Assembly (NCBI GenBank): GCA_951406725.2
Contig: OX597815.1
Span: 32,612,001-32,676,000 of the forward strand
Direction of reading: 5' to 3'
Source of the DNA: Octopus vulgaris
Lineage: Eukaryota
Length of the DNA stretch: 64,000 nucleotides
In this document: positions 38,738-51,619 of the stretch, in pieces
Layout of the letters: every line of letters begins with the position of its first letter
Numbering within the stretch: the first letter of the stretch is position 1
Notes under the pieces: generated by a model
The model's database searches: none
Told to the model about the DNA's origin: nothing
Seen by the model: only the letters and a program-made list of their open reading frames with translations
Translations under genes and position numbers: made by a program

Positions 38738-40576
38738 TCACACCTTTTCCTTGTCAATTAATTCCCAGACAGTGTTTATGCTTTTTATACTGTTAACACC
38801 ACTGACTTGACTGGTACTACCCTGGTGTCAAAACCATTATGATATCCACTTGGCTTGATATGCTTGTTGTCTGTGAATCTTTTATATCCTGTGATCTTAT
38901 TCTAAATTATCCTTCATTCTTGTTGAAGTGAACTTGTTAAAGATTCTTTGTTCCTTGGTTTATGGTAGTTTTGTTGCCATTTTATTTCATACATTGATAC
39001 TGTACTCCTTCAATGTGGTTCTGATTCTTGCCAGAGCAATATTTATAAGGGTTTCTAGTTTATGACAGTTTTGTTGAATATATATGCATCAATGTACAAG
39101 GGGAATTACAAGTTTGGAGCATTGGATGGAATGCTTTGCAGTTTTTGTTCTGAGGTGACCTATATCTTTCAGCCTCTCAAGACGGATAAAAATGAACTAA
39201 TCCAGAGTGAGGAATTAAGGAGGTTGTCATAGCTCCTCTTTTGGAAACAGGTAAGGGTTGGTGAAAGGAGGAGCATCTGTCTCAGCAAATTCTGTCTGAT
39301 CCATGCAAGCATGGAAAGGTGGATGTTAAAAAGATGGTGACGATGACAATGATGATAATACATATGATCAACTTCCATTCAGTTTCCATCTACAAATTGC
39401 ATTCATACAGTGTTAGTCAACACTAGGCTATGGTAGATAACACCTGCCCAAAGAATCAAACTTGGAACCTCATAGTTGTGAAATTAACTTCTTGACCACA
39501 TGGCTATGCTACCCACTGTTGACCACCCCACAGAAACACATAAGTACAAATAGCTACATCCATTCATCAACAGTATTTTCCTTAGAGCTCAAATACTCCT
39601 TTTCCATCTTATTCTAACTGCATGATACTAGATACTCTGAAATCATTAGGCATTTAATGATTCAATGAACCTTCTGACCCAGCCTGAAATTAGATCAAAC
39701 ATTTGGCTTTCCAGTTCAGATTTGCTTTATTATCAATTTTGTACATCACTACTATCACCCCACTTCATCTAATATATCCAAGCACTGAAAAATTGGGGTT
39801 TTATTGTTGTTTTTGTTATTTGTAATCAAATAATTGATTGTTTACTTTAATATCGCAAAAACTACTAAAGCTAAAAATTCCAAATTTGTTGTCTATGATT
39901 ATTGATTTAAAATATATCTTTTGTTTTTTGGAATTTCTTTGTTTTTTGAAATTGCATTTTATTAGCAGTTTATTTTATATTAATAGTGCATCCTACTTCT
40001 CATTCAATATGCTAAGCAAAGGAAATGAAATCTGCTACATAAAAATGCAAAACAAAGAAAGGCAATTTAGATACTTTGATGTATAGTTGTTTGGCATGGT
40101 AGAAATAGCAGTCAAATCTTCTTGAAATCACATCACAAATACTACTGTCTTAAAAGACTAAGGAAGCATTGGATAATGAGGTCCTAGAAACACTGTGTTG
40201 GGATGAAAACAGTTGCTGAGAATCAAATTTTATTTGTCTAAAACATTCAGTTTCCATAATCGAACATCAAGTGTAAACGTGTCCATTTTTGCTTTATTGC
40301 AAATGACTGACTGGCTGTCAGCCTTCAAACAAAATATACCATAATGAACCCAGACAGGAAGTAATAATGATTTATTACATTCATCAGCGTTTCCCAGATT
40401 ATTTGTCGAGGAAATTCAACTGGTGGAGCCATGATTTCCAGGATGTAAAAAAAAAAAAAAACAGTCACAGCTAAAATACTTGTTTGATCAGGGCTGACCA
40501 GAGGCTAAACTACATTTTCCAACCCATGCCAGTAAGGAACATGGATGCATAATAATTATGATAATAATAATCCTAA

Positions 40577-41015
40577 AGTGGTGAGCTGGCAGAAATGTTA
40601 GCATGTTGCGCGAAATGCTTAACGGTATTTTGTCTGTCTTTCGTTCTGAGTTCAAATGCTGTCAAAGTCAACTTGCCTTTCATCCTTTCGGAGTCGATAA
40701 ATTAAGTACCAGTTGCATACTGGAGTCGATCTAATCGACTCCCTCTCCCCTCCTCAAAAATTTCGTGTCTTGTGCCTAAATTAGAAAAGAATAATAATAA
40801 TCCTTTCTATTAAAGGTATAAGGCCTGAAATTTGTGGGGAGAGAGCTAGTCAATTACATTCACTCCAGTGCTTCACTGGTGCTTAAATTATTAGCCCCAA
40901 AAGGATAAAAGACAAAATTGATCTTGGTGGAATTTGAACTCAGAATGTAAAAACAGACAAAATACCGCTAAGCATTTTGCCCAGCATGCTAACGATTCTG
41001 CCAGTTCACTGCCTT
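40577..41015. mobile_element. Tail-to-tail inverted pair of family B SINEs
   Basis: Plus copy 40577-40797 and minus copy 40801-41015 share an (AAT)n junction. Confidence 0.88.
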
Positions 41016-41799
41016 AATAATGATAATGATGATGATGACGACGACAATGACAAGGAAGTGTAGCACTATTTACTTATCTAGTATGATTTGGTAGGATTCT
41101 ACAAAAGATTAATTTGAGGAACAGAGCATTATTATAAAAAGGTCAAAGTATACAGGATAATAATGTAATGCTTTCATATCTGGGATGGCACACCTTGCTC
41201 TTTCAATAATGTACCACTCGACTGTGTTCAAAAGAAAAACATCTTCCATTTAAAATCAGTAATCATTCCTCATTAAATCTTCATTCTCTGATCTATCTTT
41301 GCACTGTGCTGTCTTTCTGTTTTACACTGTTTTTAAATAGACATTAGACATTACAAAATGTCTTTCTTGAGTCATTTGACCTGCAAGAAGTAGCAACCAA
41401 ATTTCCCTCAGATCACACTGTATTGTCTTAGAAAAGAAAAAGAGAAATACTAAAGACACACTGGACAATGTAATCCTAGATATAGTAAAAGAAGAGGATG
41501 GTCATGGTTGGACTGCTTTGATAGCAGATCTGCTTATTCAGTTTTTAATTCTAAGGAGTTATATCCTATGCAGCTCTATTTATATACTCATGCATGTGTG
41601 TGTGTGTGTGCATGCACAAATGCATGCATATGTGTGATGTGTGTGCGTTTGTGTGCCTGTGCATGCATGTGTGTGTCTATGTATGTGTGTATGTGCATGC
41701 ATGTGCTGGGAGACTTGTTTTGTTCCAGATCAGCTCTGAATGAGCAGACCTATGACTCAAAGTATTACCTTCTATGACCGTTCAATTGTTTTGAATAAC

Positions 41800-42864
41800 A
41801 AGAACGACATGTCTAATCTGTCTGTAGCTAACTACTTTGTGTCAGTGAAGTTGTGTACTCCAAGAAATGTGCGAATTAAAACAGAGAAAGTAAGAGCATT
41901 GAGAGAACGTTGACAGGGCAAGGCAGTGCAAATACATACTTTGTATCTGGTTGTGCGTTCACCCATCACTGCTGCTGTGTTGCCTCTCTGCCGGATTTTC
42001 TCTGTTGGGTCCATGGCTATCTCTCTAGTTTCTATTGGCTCACTGTCTCCTATTTCCTCTGATATATTTTTCTTTATTGCCCACAAGGGGCTAAACATAG
42101 AGGGGACAAACAAGGACAGACAAAGGGATTAAGTCGATTACATCGACCTCAGTGCGAAACTGGTACTTTATTTATCGGCCATGAAAGGATGGGAGGCAAA
42201 CTCGGCAGAATTTGAACTCAGAACGTAGCGACAGACGAAATATCGCTAAGCATTTCGCCCGGGGTGCTAACATGTCTGCCAGCTCGCCACCAATTCCTCT
42301 GATATAAGGAGCTGTATGACACAGAACTGGGTGGTGCCAAAATCAGATCCCAGACCACATTCATAATCTCTGGTGATAGTGATCCGGCCGCATGTATTAG
42401 ATGAGCCACATCACTAACAATCTGGTTCGAAGAAAACTGGGCCTCAATGTGATAAAACCACAATACGGGATCATGCATCCAGAATGGTGGAACCTTCAAT
42501 GCAATCACTGCCTGGAATGCCATGTCGACCAAGGATGAGTTTTCCAATGGGTTGTGTTCCAGTAGAGACATAAGTAGTGTGATGACTGATCAATTGAAGC
42601 TGCAATTCTCCAGTTCAGGTGTAATGATGCTTGAAGTGAAGGCTGTTCTTTTTTGTTGGAGTCACCAAATATAGCAGCCTATTTGTTCATATTTTAAATC
42701 AAGCTTCAATTATCAAACAAGTGAATACCACTATGGCCAAATAAATGATGTAAACCACATTCCTTTCCTCTTCATTGTTTTTCATTGATATCAGTCCAAC
42801 ATGCCTAACATCATTTGCTACTTCTCACAACTACTCAGATACCTCAGTATCACATTCTGCTACA
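41800..42864 (-). mobile_element. Collapsed Gypsy/Ty3 LTR retrotransposon: LTR (~42670-42864), tRNA-Trp-like PBS, gag N-terminal remnant
   Basis: LKVPPFWMHDPVLWFYHIEAQF...DLILAPP (Gypsy gag pattern LPPFW..DP.LWF..EAQF) continues as EEIGD past the SINE. PBS TGGTGACTCCAACA at 42655-42668. LTR ends TGTAGCAG...CTGCTA(T)A. Confidence 0.8.
42067..42293 (-). mobile_element. Young family B SINE inserted in Gypsy gag
   Basis: 13-bp TSD TTCCTCTGATATA at 42054-42066 and 42294-42306. Confidence 0.93.
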
Positions 42865-43214
42865 TGTCCTTTATCAAAGATGGCAAATGTTATATGAGCA
42901 AATTTAACTGCTATTTTTGGCAGATCAAAAGACCACATAAAAACTCCCTTGGACTGTTGAAAAATGGTGGTAAGCTCCAAATCTTGGGCATTTCACTTTC
43001 ATTTGTACCTCTGATTTCAGATAGAAAAAATATTTATATGAAGTCGTCAATAGTCTTGTCTTGGAGAAATTTAATGAGACTCACAGGATGCATTCCAGAA
43101 ATTTTGAAGCTTTTTTCAAGGAGAGGCAGTTATAACTGTCCTAGATTTTTGTAATTTTAGTTTATCATGAATTAAACATCTAATAAACTGACTTACCAAC
43201 TTTTGTTGTTCCAG

Positions 43215-43780
43215 ACTAAAGGAGATGGTTGTAACAGAACCTTGAACACACCCTACTAAACACCACTGCTTGTTACAGCTAAGTAAAAAGTTTTGTGTTA
43301 AACTGGGCAAAAATACTACAGAAACTTATGAAATTCTCCAGACTGCTTATGGATTCACTTTCTTGCTGGCACAAGAGGTTCAAAAGCAGTAGAGAGGAAA
43401 TGAAAGATGTGGGAGGAGAGAGACATCAGAACATCAGAACTGGTTGAGAAAATTCAGTTTTCTGGGTGGAGACAATTGTGACTCTATAAAGACAGTAAGC
43501 GTTCAGTTTGGCATTGGTGTGGCAACTGTACACACGATTATCCATGAAGATCTGAACACGAGCAAAATTCATGCAAAATTTGTCTCCATGGTGCTCAGTA
43601 ATGATAACAGTCTATTGGACATCAAAACTGTCCCTCACCCTTGCTGCATTCCAAATCTTGCTCCCTGTGACTTTTAGTTGTTTCCCCAAACTGAAGGAGA
43701 ACTTCAGGGGCAGTTGTTTTGAAGATGATGGAGGTGGTGACAAGGATCCCGAACACCTTCACATTGGAGGACTTCCATGT
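43215..43780 (+). mobile_element. Second mariner family, internally deleted remnant
   Basis: KFCVKLGKNTTETYEILQTAYG, VHTIIHEDL...AKFV and HPCCIPNLAPCDF motifs. Confidence 0.8.
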
Positions 43781-43789
43781 AGTACACCA

Positions 43790-45470
43790 GCCACTTTGAC
43801 AAATTTTACTGGACCATTTGGGAGTGGTTATTTATGGATTCCTTTGAATTATTCTACATTCCTTATAGCCATGTAGTATTTTAAATAGATTTCAGTGTTG
43901 GTTGTTCTATTTAAATTGTGATGGAAATACAGTAATCTCTCACCATATCGTGGTTCATCTATCACAATTTATCATTTAAGCCTAAGTCAATTCCTCCGTG
44001 GTGTTGTTTTGCATTTATAATAGAATAAATATCTATCTATCTAGGTTGTCCTTCAGAATGCCCCAGAATAAATATATACAAATTATAAAAATAATTTTAA
44101 AAAATACACAGTACAGTACTGTTTCTACTTCATGGATTTTCACCTATGGTGTGGAGGGGGGGATGGGTTCGGAACATAACACCCATGATAGTGAAAGGAT
44201 TACTGTAGTAGTGGGTGATTACAGGTCAGTAGGCACTTATAATGCACTTTTCACACTGCATAACCCCTCAAATAAAGATATAGAAAAATATAGAAAAAAA
44301 TTCTTCAAATTCTTCAAACACTTAGGACTTAGCATATCAATTGAAGAAGAACACAATGCAGTAAACTTCTTGTATATAACATTAGATCTAAAGTTTAATA
44401 CTTACTGACCTTTTCACAAACCCAATGAAAACCTCAAATATATAAACAGTAACCATCCACTTAGTATAACACACAAATTAGTAGAAAATGTTTCAAACAA
44501 ATTCATAGAAAGAGCAGCAACTATTTTGAAAACAATGATAATAATAAAAATAATCAGTAAAAATATAAAACAAGCACAAACATTATAAAATCTAACAATG
44601 AAGACGTAGAAATTGTGATTGTGCTACAAGAACACAATGCAAATTTTAAAATAATTGTAGAATAAAATCACTGTCAATAGCTGTGTAGTAACAACAGATA
44701 CAAATAAATAATACTATATAAGACCTAGCTCATACTTCATAAAACAAAGAATAGTAAATCACGAAAGTTCATTTAAAAATAATTCTAGGAAATTTTCAAC
44801 ATGTCTTAGTAAACTTATATTGTCACTGAAAGATGAAAATATTAAATATTCATTAAAATGGGAAATTATTAGCACTGCAAAACCTTACAAAATAGGGGAC
44901 AAAAAATTAAATTTATGCCTAGAATTATACCAAATATTTACTTTCAAAAATGAATTAGTTAATACTAGACAAGAAAGAAGTTTTAATTGCTTGCACAACC
45001 GTCTTATTTTAAAAAAATATGAATAATAGAATGCAAGAACCATGTAATTCTAGCCATTCAACTCTTTAAAACAATAACAGTAATTAAATTGAAAAAAAAT
45101 TACAATTGACTACTTCATTTTATTAACCATATGGTTAATAAAATGTTAACCTGTAATCAGCCACTATTATTTCTATCTGTAAATAACCGCTCCCAACGGT
45201 CCAGTAAAATTTGTCAACATAAAAAAAAAAACTACTGCTGGTGCTACCAGATTTTTACACAAACAATCAGTTGTGAATAGCAACTCATCATGGAACAACA
45301 TACTTTATTACTACCACTACCAAGCCTGATTCAAACTAATAACAGGGAGAATCACTCCTTGAACTGTGACATTATTATTCACCCTGAACAGATTGCACAA
45401 ATTAAGCATAAATCCCTGCATATAAATATACAATAATTTGCAATTGATATGATCAAACACGTTGGATAAT
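43790..45470 (+). mobile_element. Penelope-like element remnant (RT thumb plus GIY-YIG C-terminus) with inverted terminal segment
   Basis: VNFLYITLDLKFNTY*PFHKPN...NHP and YSLKWEIISTAKPY...NLCLE motifs; a ~40-bp segment at 43794-43833 is inverted at 45180-45218. Confidence 0.82.
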
Positions 45471-45532
45471 TATTATGAATAAACCAAGCAGAAAGACTGA
45501 ATGTTTAAATTCTTCATTTTCCTTATTATCAG

Positions 45533-45534
<2 letters not shown>

Positions 45535-45575
<41 letters not shown>

Positions 45576-45597
45576 CTGTGTGTGTGTGTGTATGTGT

Positions 45598-45635
<38 letters not shown>

Positions 45636-45654
45636 ACGTACGTATGTATGTATG

Positions 45655-45691
<37 letters not shown>

Positions 45692-45730
45692 ATGTATGTA
45701 AATATATATATATATAAATATACATATATA
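45535..45730. repeat. (TG)n/(TA)n compound microsatellite
   Basis: Directly visible. Confidence 0.97.
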
Positions 45731-46399
45731 TGTAACTTTCCAAGTTCATTTGCAGGGCTTAGAAAAACTGTAATAAGTTGTGAAACTGAGAGGGTAATAT
45801 GTTAAATAAGATCAGGATTAACTGATCCTTCTGTATTTTGTTTCTACTCAAACCCAGGAACTTTTCAGCACCCACTCATATATGTGTATATATGTATATT
45901 TACATATCTGTATGTATATGTACATACATTATGTATGCATGCATGAATGTATGTATGCATGTATGGCTTTGAAGTGCATCCAGTAGTGGGGCTCTGGTTT
46001 GGGAGTTCTTAGCTTATGAGGATTGGGGAATCACTTTTTAGCCACTGTTCTTCCCCAGAGCTACTCTGACTTGGAGTGGTAGCACTTGTCAGGGACCCAA
46101 CTATGGGCTAATTAGCATATGTGTTGACAATCCATCTGAATGTGAGGGAGCAGAGATACTTTTGGTTGGTGTCAGACTGTACAGTAAAATCTCTGAGAAT
46201 GAGAGATCCCTAGCTGTTGTCACAGTACCTTTCTAGGAGAAAGACACCCTGATGTAAAACTTGCAGTTTCACGTGATTACTGGTCATCCCACTTTGGCCT
46301 GTCATTAGGTACTAATACGGATGCTCAGAGAGTGGTACTCATGTTGTACAAGCATTTATCACATAATACAATGATGCATGAATGTCTCTCTATGGTGAA

Positions 46400-46595
46400 G
46401 TCCAGTGGCACATAAAAAGCACCCACTACACTCTTGGAGTGGTTGGTGTTAAGAAGGGCATCCAGCTCTAGAAACATTGTCAGATCATCTTGGAGCCTAG
46501 TGCAACTGCTGGCTTTCCAGACCTTAGTCAAACCGTCCAACCCATGCCAGCATGGAAAATGAGTGTTAAACGATGATGGTGATGATGATGATGAT
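46400..46595 (+). mobile_element. RTE-tail element
   Basis: Core plus (GAT)n tail. Confidence 0.85.
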
Positions 46596-46934
46596 CTACT
46601 GAAAGTTTTATGGTGTTGGAAGAGTGGCAACATGTGAAAACTTAATCAGTTGGAAGTGTACAGTAAGTTACAACTTTCATCTGTCACCTATGTTCCAAAC
46701 TATGCAGATTTGCTATGGGAGTAAATAGTCATCTGAGAGGTCATGGACGGAAAGTCAGAAATGCAATTGACAATGAGGAAGCACAAAGACACGGAAATCA
46801 TCTGCTTCTGAAATCTGATGATGTGGTGATGTCATACACTCATGAAACTTTGAGTAATGTGCTGCTGAGTCAAACTGTTCTTAAATGCATGTAATTCCAA
46901 CCAAATGTGTCAAGTGCTCCTTTCTTTCATTTGT

Positions 46935-47007
<73 letters not shown>

Positions 47008-48529
47008 GTCTCAACATATGGCACTCTGTTGGTTATGAGGATTTCAGTTGATCCGATCAAGGGAATAGCCTGCTCGTGAAAGTGGCTGAACATCCCACAG
47101 ACACAGGTACCAATAACATAGCTCTTAGGGAGATTCAGTGTGACACAGAATGTAACAAAGCTAACCTTTTGAATTACAGGTATAAGTAGTTTTTGTCAGC
47201 TGAGTGGACTGGAACAATGTGAAATAAAGTGTTGCTCAAGGACACATCATGCTGCTGGGAATTGAACTCATGAACTTACAGTCGTGAACTGATTACCCCC
47301 TAACCACTAAGCCATGCACCTTCACACACACACATCTTCGTACAGCAATCTGATAGATACCAATCAAGGAGATCAAGCCTGGTACATCATAGTTACAAAA
47401 CAAAACCCTTAACCACTCGCCTATATCTACCTCCATACACACAAACACACATACACACACATACCCCCTCCCCACATACCCCCTCCCCACACACACACGT
47501 TAGAGGCTGAAATAAAAAGAGAGAAAGCAGGAAAGGAAAGAGAGAAAGACTAGTTGGTGAGAATGAAAGTTATCAAAGAGATAAGAGAGAGGTGAAAGTT
47601 TGTTAAAAACTGGTCTATTAACTGCATAAATGGTAACTGCTGAGAAAGAATATTCTGGAAATTATATTCATCAGGTTGATTTCCCATCGTAAATTTTATT
47701 AATTACCGTTAAAAACTCACAAGAAATAATAGTTTGGGGAAGTTGGGAAGGATTAATGATATTTTTCCAGGGAAACAGTATCAATGGCCTACTTAGCTTT
47801 TTGTTTTCTCTTTTGCTTTTGAATAATTAATAATGATTTATTACTTTGACGCAAGGACACAGTTCTGATGGAGTACAAGTATAAGATATTGAATAATGCC
47901 CCACCCTGCTGTTTTTCACATATGTGTAATGGGTGTTATATAGTGTTAACATGGTGTATAAAGTCATTGTATTGTCTGTTAATAAGCAACTTAAAATATT
48001 TGATTAATTACTTTAACCGTTATCTGTGGTATTTAAATGAAATTTGACATTTTTGCTGACTTTTCTACCTAGCCTAAATTGTAACTGGGCTTTTTTTTCC
48101 CCACACCCTGTAACTTTATTTTTATTCACTATTGAATGAATGCCAGTATACTTGAGTCTGATACCTAATCTGTTTCCTAGTTTATGACCACCGGCTGCAC
48201 CTTGGATACTTTAAGGATACAAGAGTCAGCTCTTGTTGCAAATATTCAGACCAAGTCTCCTGTCCAATGTTAGCTAATTCAGTTTATTGGTATGTTACTT
48301 CCTGCTGCAACAGTCTCTTAGTCTTAGTTTCTTCCTTCACTCCTTAGAGGCTCTGAAATGTCATGTGCAAAGCTTGTCTTCCTCAAAGTGGATTATAAAC
48401 ATTTTTTTGAAAATCTACTGGTGTTTATTTTATTCACCCAAGAGGATAAAAAGCAAAATTGTTCCCAGTTGGTTTTGAAACTGGATTACAGAAAAGCAAA
48501 ATATCTCTTAATATCAATATTGGAAGAGA

Positions 48530-49120
48530 GCAGCAAGCACACTGGGCAAAATGCTAAGTGGAATTTTGTCTATCTTTACATTCTGAGTTCAAATTCTGCA
48601 GAGGTTGACTTTACCTTTCATCCTTTCAAGGTTGATAAAATAAGTATCAGTTGAGCATTGGGTTTGATGTAATCAACTTAACCTACACCCTTGAAATTGC
48701 TGGCATTGTGCTAAAATTTGAAACCAATATTGGAAAGAAGGTGGTGAGCTGGCAAAATTGTTAGCACATTAGACAAAATGCTTTGTAACATTTCTTCTGA
48801 TCCTTTAGTTAACAAGTTAACTTTGCCTTTCCTCCTTTCACTCCATAAAATAAGTACTGGTCAAATGCAGGAGATGATGTAACTGACTCGCTCCTTTCCC
48901 TTAAAATTCTCTGGCCTTGAACCAAAATTCGAAACTAAAGATGGTGAGCCGGTAGAATTGTTAGCATGTCAGACAAAATGCTCAACAGCATTTTTATTGG
49001 CCCTTTATGCTCTGGATTCAAATTCTGCAATGGTTGACTTTGCCTTTTTGGGGTGAATAAAATTAGTACTAGGCAAATACTGGGGTCAGTGTAGTCGACT
49101 TTCCCCTCTCTGCAAAATGA
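48530..49120 (+). mobile_element. Three tandem decayed family B SINEs
   Basis: Repeated GGTGAGC.GG.AGAATTGTTAGCA-type heads at ~48745 and ~48942, plus a first copy at ~48530. Confidence 0.78.
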
Positions 49121-49184
49121 GGAAAAATATTAATATTACAAGTTATTTGGTTCTGCATTCTTGTATTTTTGTACCACAGCCTTG

Positions 49185-49397
49185 TCTGACACCTGTGCCG
49201 GTGGCACGTAAAAAGCACCCACTACACTCACTGAGTGGTTGGCATTAGGAAGGGCATCCAGCTGTAGAAACACTGCCAGATCAGACTGGGCCTGGTGCAG
49301 CCTCCTGGCTTCCCAGACCCCAGTTGAACCGTCCAACCCATGCTAGCATGGAAAACAGACGTTAAATGATGATGATGACGATGATGATGATGATAAT
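49185..49397 (+). mobile_element. RTE-tail element
   Basis: Near-identical to the 3' part of 30190-30537. Confidence 0.9.
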
Positions 49398-49414
49398 GAA
49401 ATAAAAAAAAACTC

Positions 49415-49740
49415 ACTTCTCAGCATACTACAACCTTCAACCCACCACAGACGTGCTGTTTCTCTCTGTGCCCGTTGTGTTACTTCTACAAGACCTCAAA
49501 ACTAGCTACTTCCATATCACTGAACACCTATTACTCCCCTTTACACAAATCTTATGTGTCATTCCATTCCATTTCACTTCTACTTCCCATTCCAGGCACC
49601 ATACTAACCATTTTGCTCAATTTTTCTTTCATAGTGCATTAAGTCTCTGTAATTCTCTTTTCAGACAGGTTTTTCCTGTAGGTGTTGATCTACAGGCCTT
49701 TCCAACAGTCCTTCAGATTTTTATATTAAACCCCACCTCC
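49415..49740 (+). mobile_element. L2/CR1-group LINE C-terminal remnant
   Basis: LQP..H.RAVS and HFAQFFFHSALSLCNSLFRQVFP...DLQAF resemble the SFFPRT..LWNSLP..VFP...LQ.FK consensus. Confidence 0.65.
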
Positions 49741-51385
49741 AGATCTGTAGTATTAGATTTCTTTTCACATGCGACAGTTAATTTTGATAATGTAACAGGC
49801 AATGCCAATTAAATCAACCCAATATGTTGATACCTAATTTTAGCTTAAGGACACAGATTTGAAAGAATAGTTATAATCAACTGAACTGACTTTCTTACAT
49901 GGCTTGTACTTATTTTATCAACCCTTAAGAGATGAAAGACAAAAGTCAACAATGGGATAATTAAAGATCAGTTATAAAGAGACATAAATATTGCAGTGTG
50001 CATGTGTGCGTGTGTGTGCATGTATGCGTGCATGTGTATTTCAAAGAAGTGAATTAGTGCATGTGGTCTTCCCATGCCGTTTCAGGGCCAACAGCTGTGC
50101 TCTGTTTTAACATCAATAATTTCTGACATGGACATGAAACCTTAGATTTAGAGGGAAAAAAGAAATGTGATCAAGTGATGTTCATACATTTTTTGAAGCA
50201 AAACCATGTTGAAAATAGCAATAAGATGAAAAGAAACCAAATTTGTGTTACTTATACAAAGTGTATTAATAGAGTTACTAATATACTAACAACTTCTTTG
50301 TTAGTAGATTGTTAATGAAAAAGATATACTGCTCAAGTTAATATCATATATCAAAGAAGAATGATAGTTTGTTTTTTCATACAACTTCAATAACCATTGT
50401 TTGTGGGTGTTGTCAGGATTGTGTTTAGATAAAATATGTTTTCTACTTCAATTAGATTACTTTAATTACAAATAAAAGAGTGTATATACTTCAACACCCA
50501 GCTCTTAATCTACAATAACATCAACAACTTGGTAACTTTTTTATTCAATAAAATCTCTACGGCCAACAAGGCAACTGTTGAGGAGACCCCTACATAGTTA
50601 TGCATGTTGCTAAAAATTATAACCGAATCTACCTCAAGTCACACTCTACCATCTTAAAAGGAAAAAGATACATTGGATAATGTGATCCTTGATAAATAAA
50701 GACATGAAAGTCATGGCTGGAGTGCCTTTTTTGATTATGGCTTTTTTGATCAATAAGTTGACAGGGGTTAGTTAAAAACAACTAGAGGATTTTTTTCATC
50801 TTATTTTGTGTATATATAACTTCGTATTTTATTTTCATAAATCAACCTAAGGAGTTAGATGGAAGCTCTTTTAGACTTTGAGATAGGTAGAGCTGGTTAA
50901 ATTCAGTTTGAACTTTTGAGAAAACTGAGGTAAAGATTGAGTTTCAGAACAATACAGTGGTTGGGAGGAATTTATTTCAGTATTTAGCACAGAGGTACAG
51001 TAGAATGGCAGTAGGATAAAAAGTACATGCAACAAGTGGGTTTACTCAGAACCAATGATATATAACAGTTATATAAGGCTCAAACTTATAGCAGATTATG
51101 ATCCCAAAATATGAAACCTGCCAGTAGTTATTTAGAAAGTCTCATGTGAGTCAATGGATGAGTCTGTATATTGATGATTTCCAAAGTAGCATGGCCATTC
51201 ATATGGGTTTGCTAAAAAATTTAAAGAGACACTGAAAGGCAAGAAGCTGTAAAAGGCATTGGAAGGTAAAGAGTGGAGAGGGATGCAGAGGCAAAGAATA
51301 CAAATTAGGAGATGCATGCAAAACTGTCTGCTGCATTAAACACTGTGTCATCATGATCTCATTTAAGAATAATATATAAAAATAA

Positions 51386-51600
51386 ATAATGCATATATTT
51401 ATGATAATATATTTTTTTTTAGTTTTTATGATGCATATATTTATAATAATATATTTTTTTATAGTTTTTATAATGCATATATTTATAATAGTATATTTTT
51501 TTTATAGTTTTTATAATGCATGTATTTATAATAATATATTTTTTTATAGTTTTTATAATGCATATATTTATAATAATATATTTTTTATAGTTTTTATATT
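51386..51600. repeat. AT-rich minisatellite, ~42-bp unit x5
   Basis: Unit resembles ATAATGCATATATTTATAATAATATATTTTTTTATAGTTTTT. Confidence 0.92.
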
Positions 51601-51619
51601 TTTTTATGGGAGAACCAAA

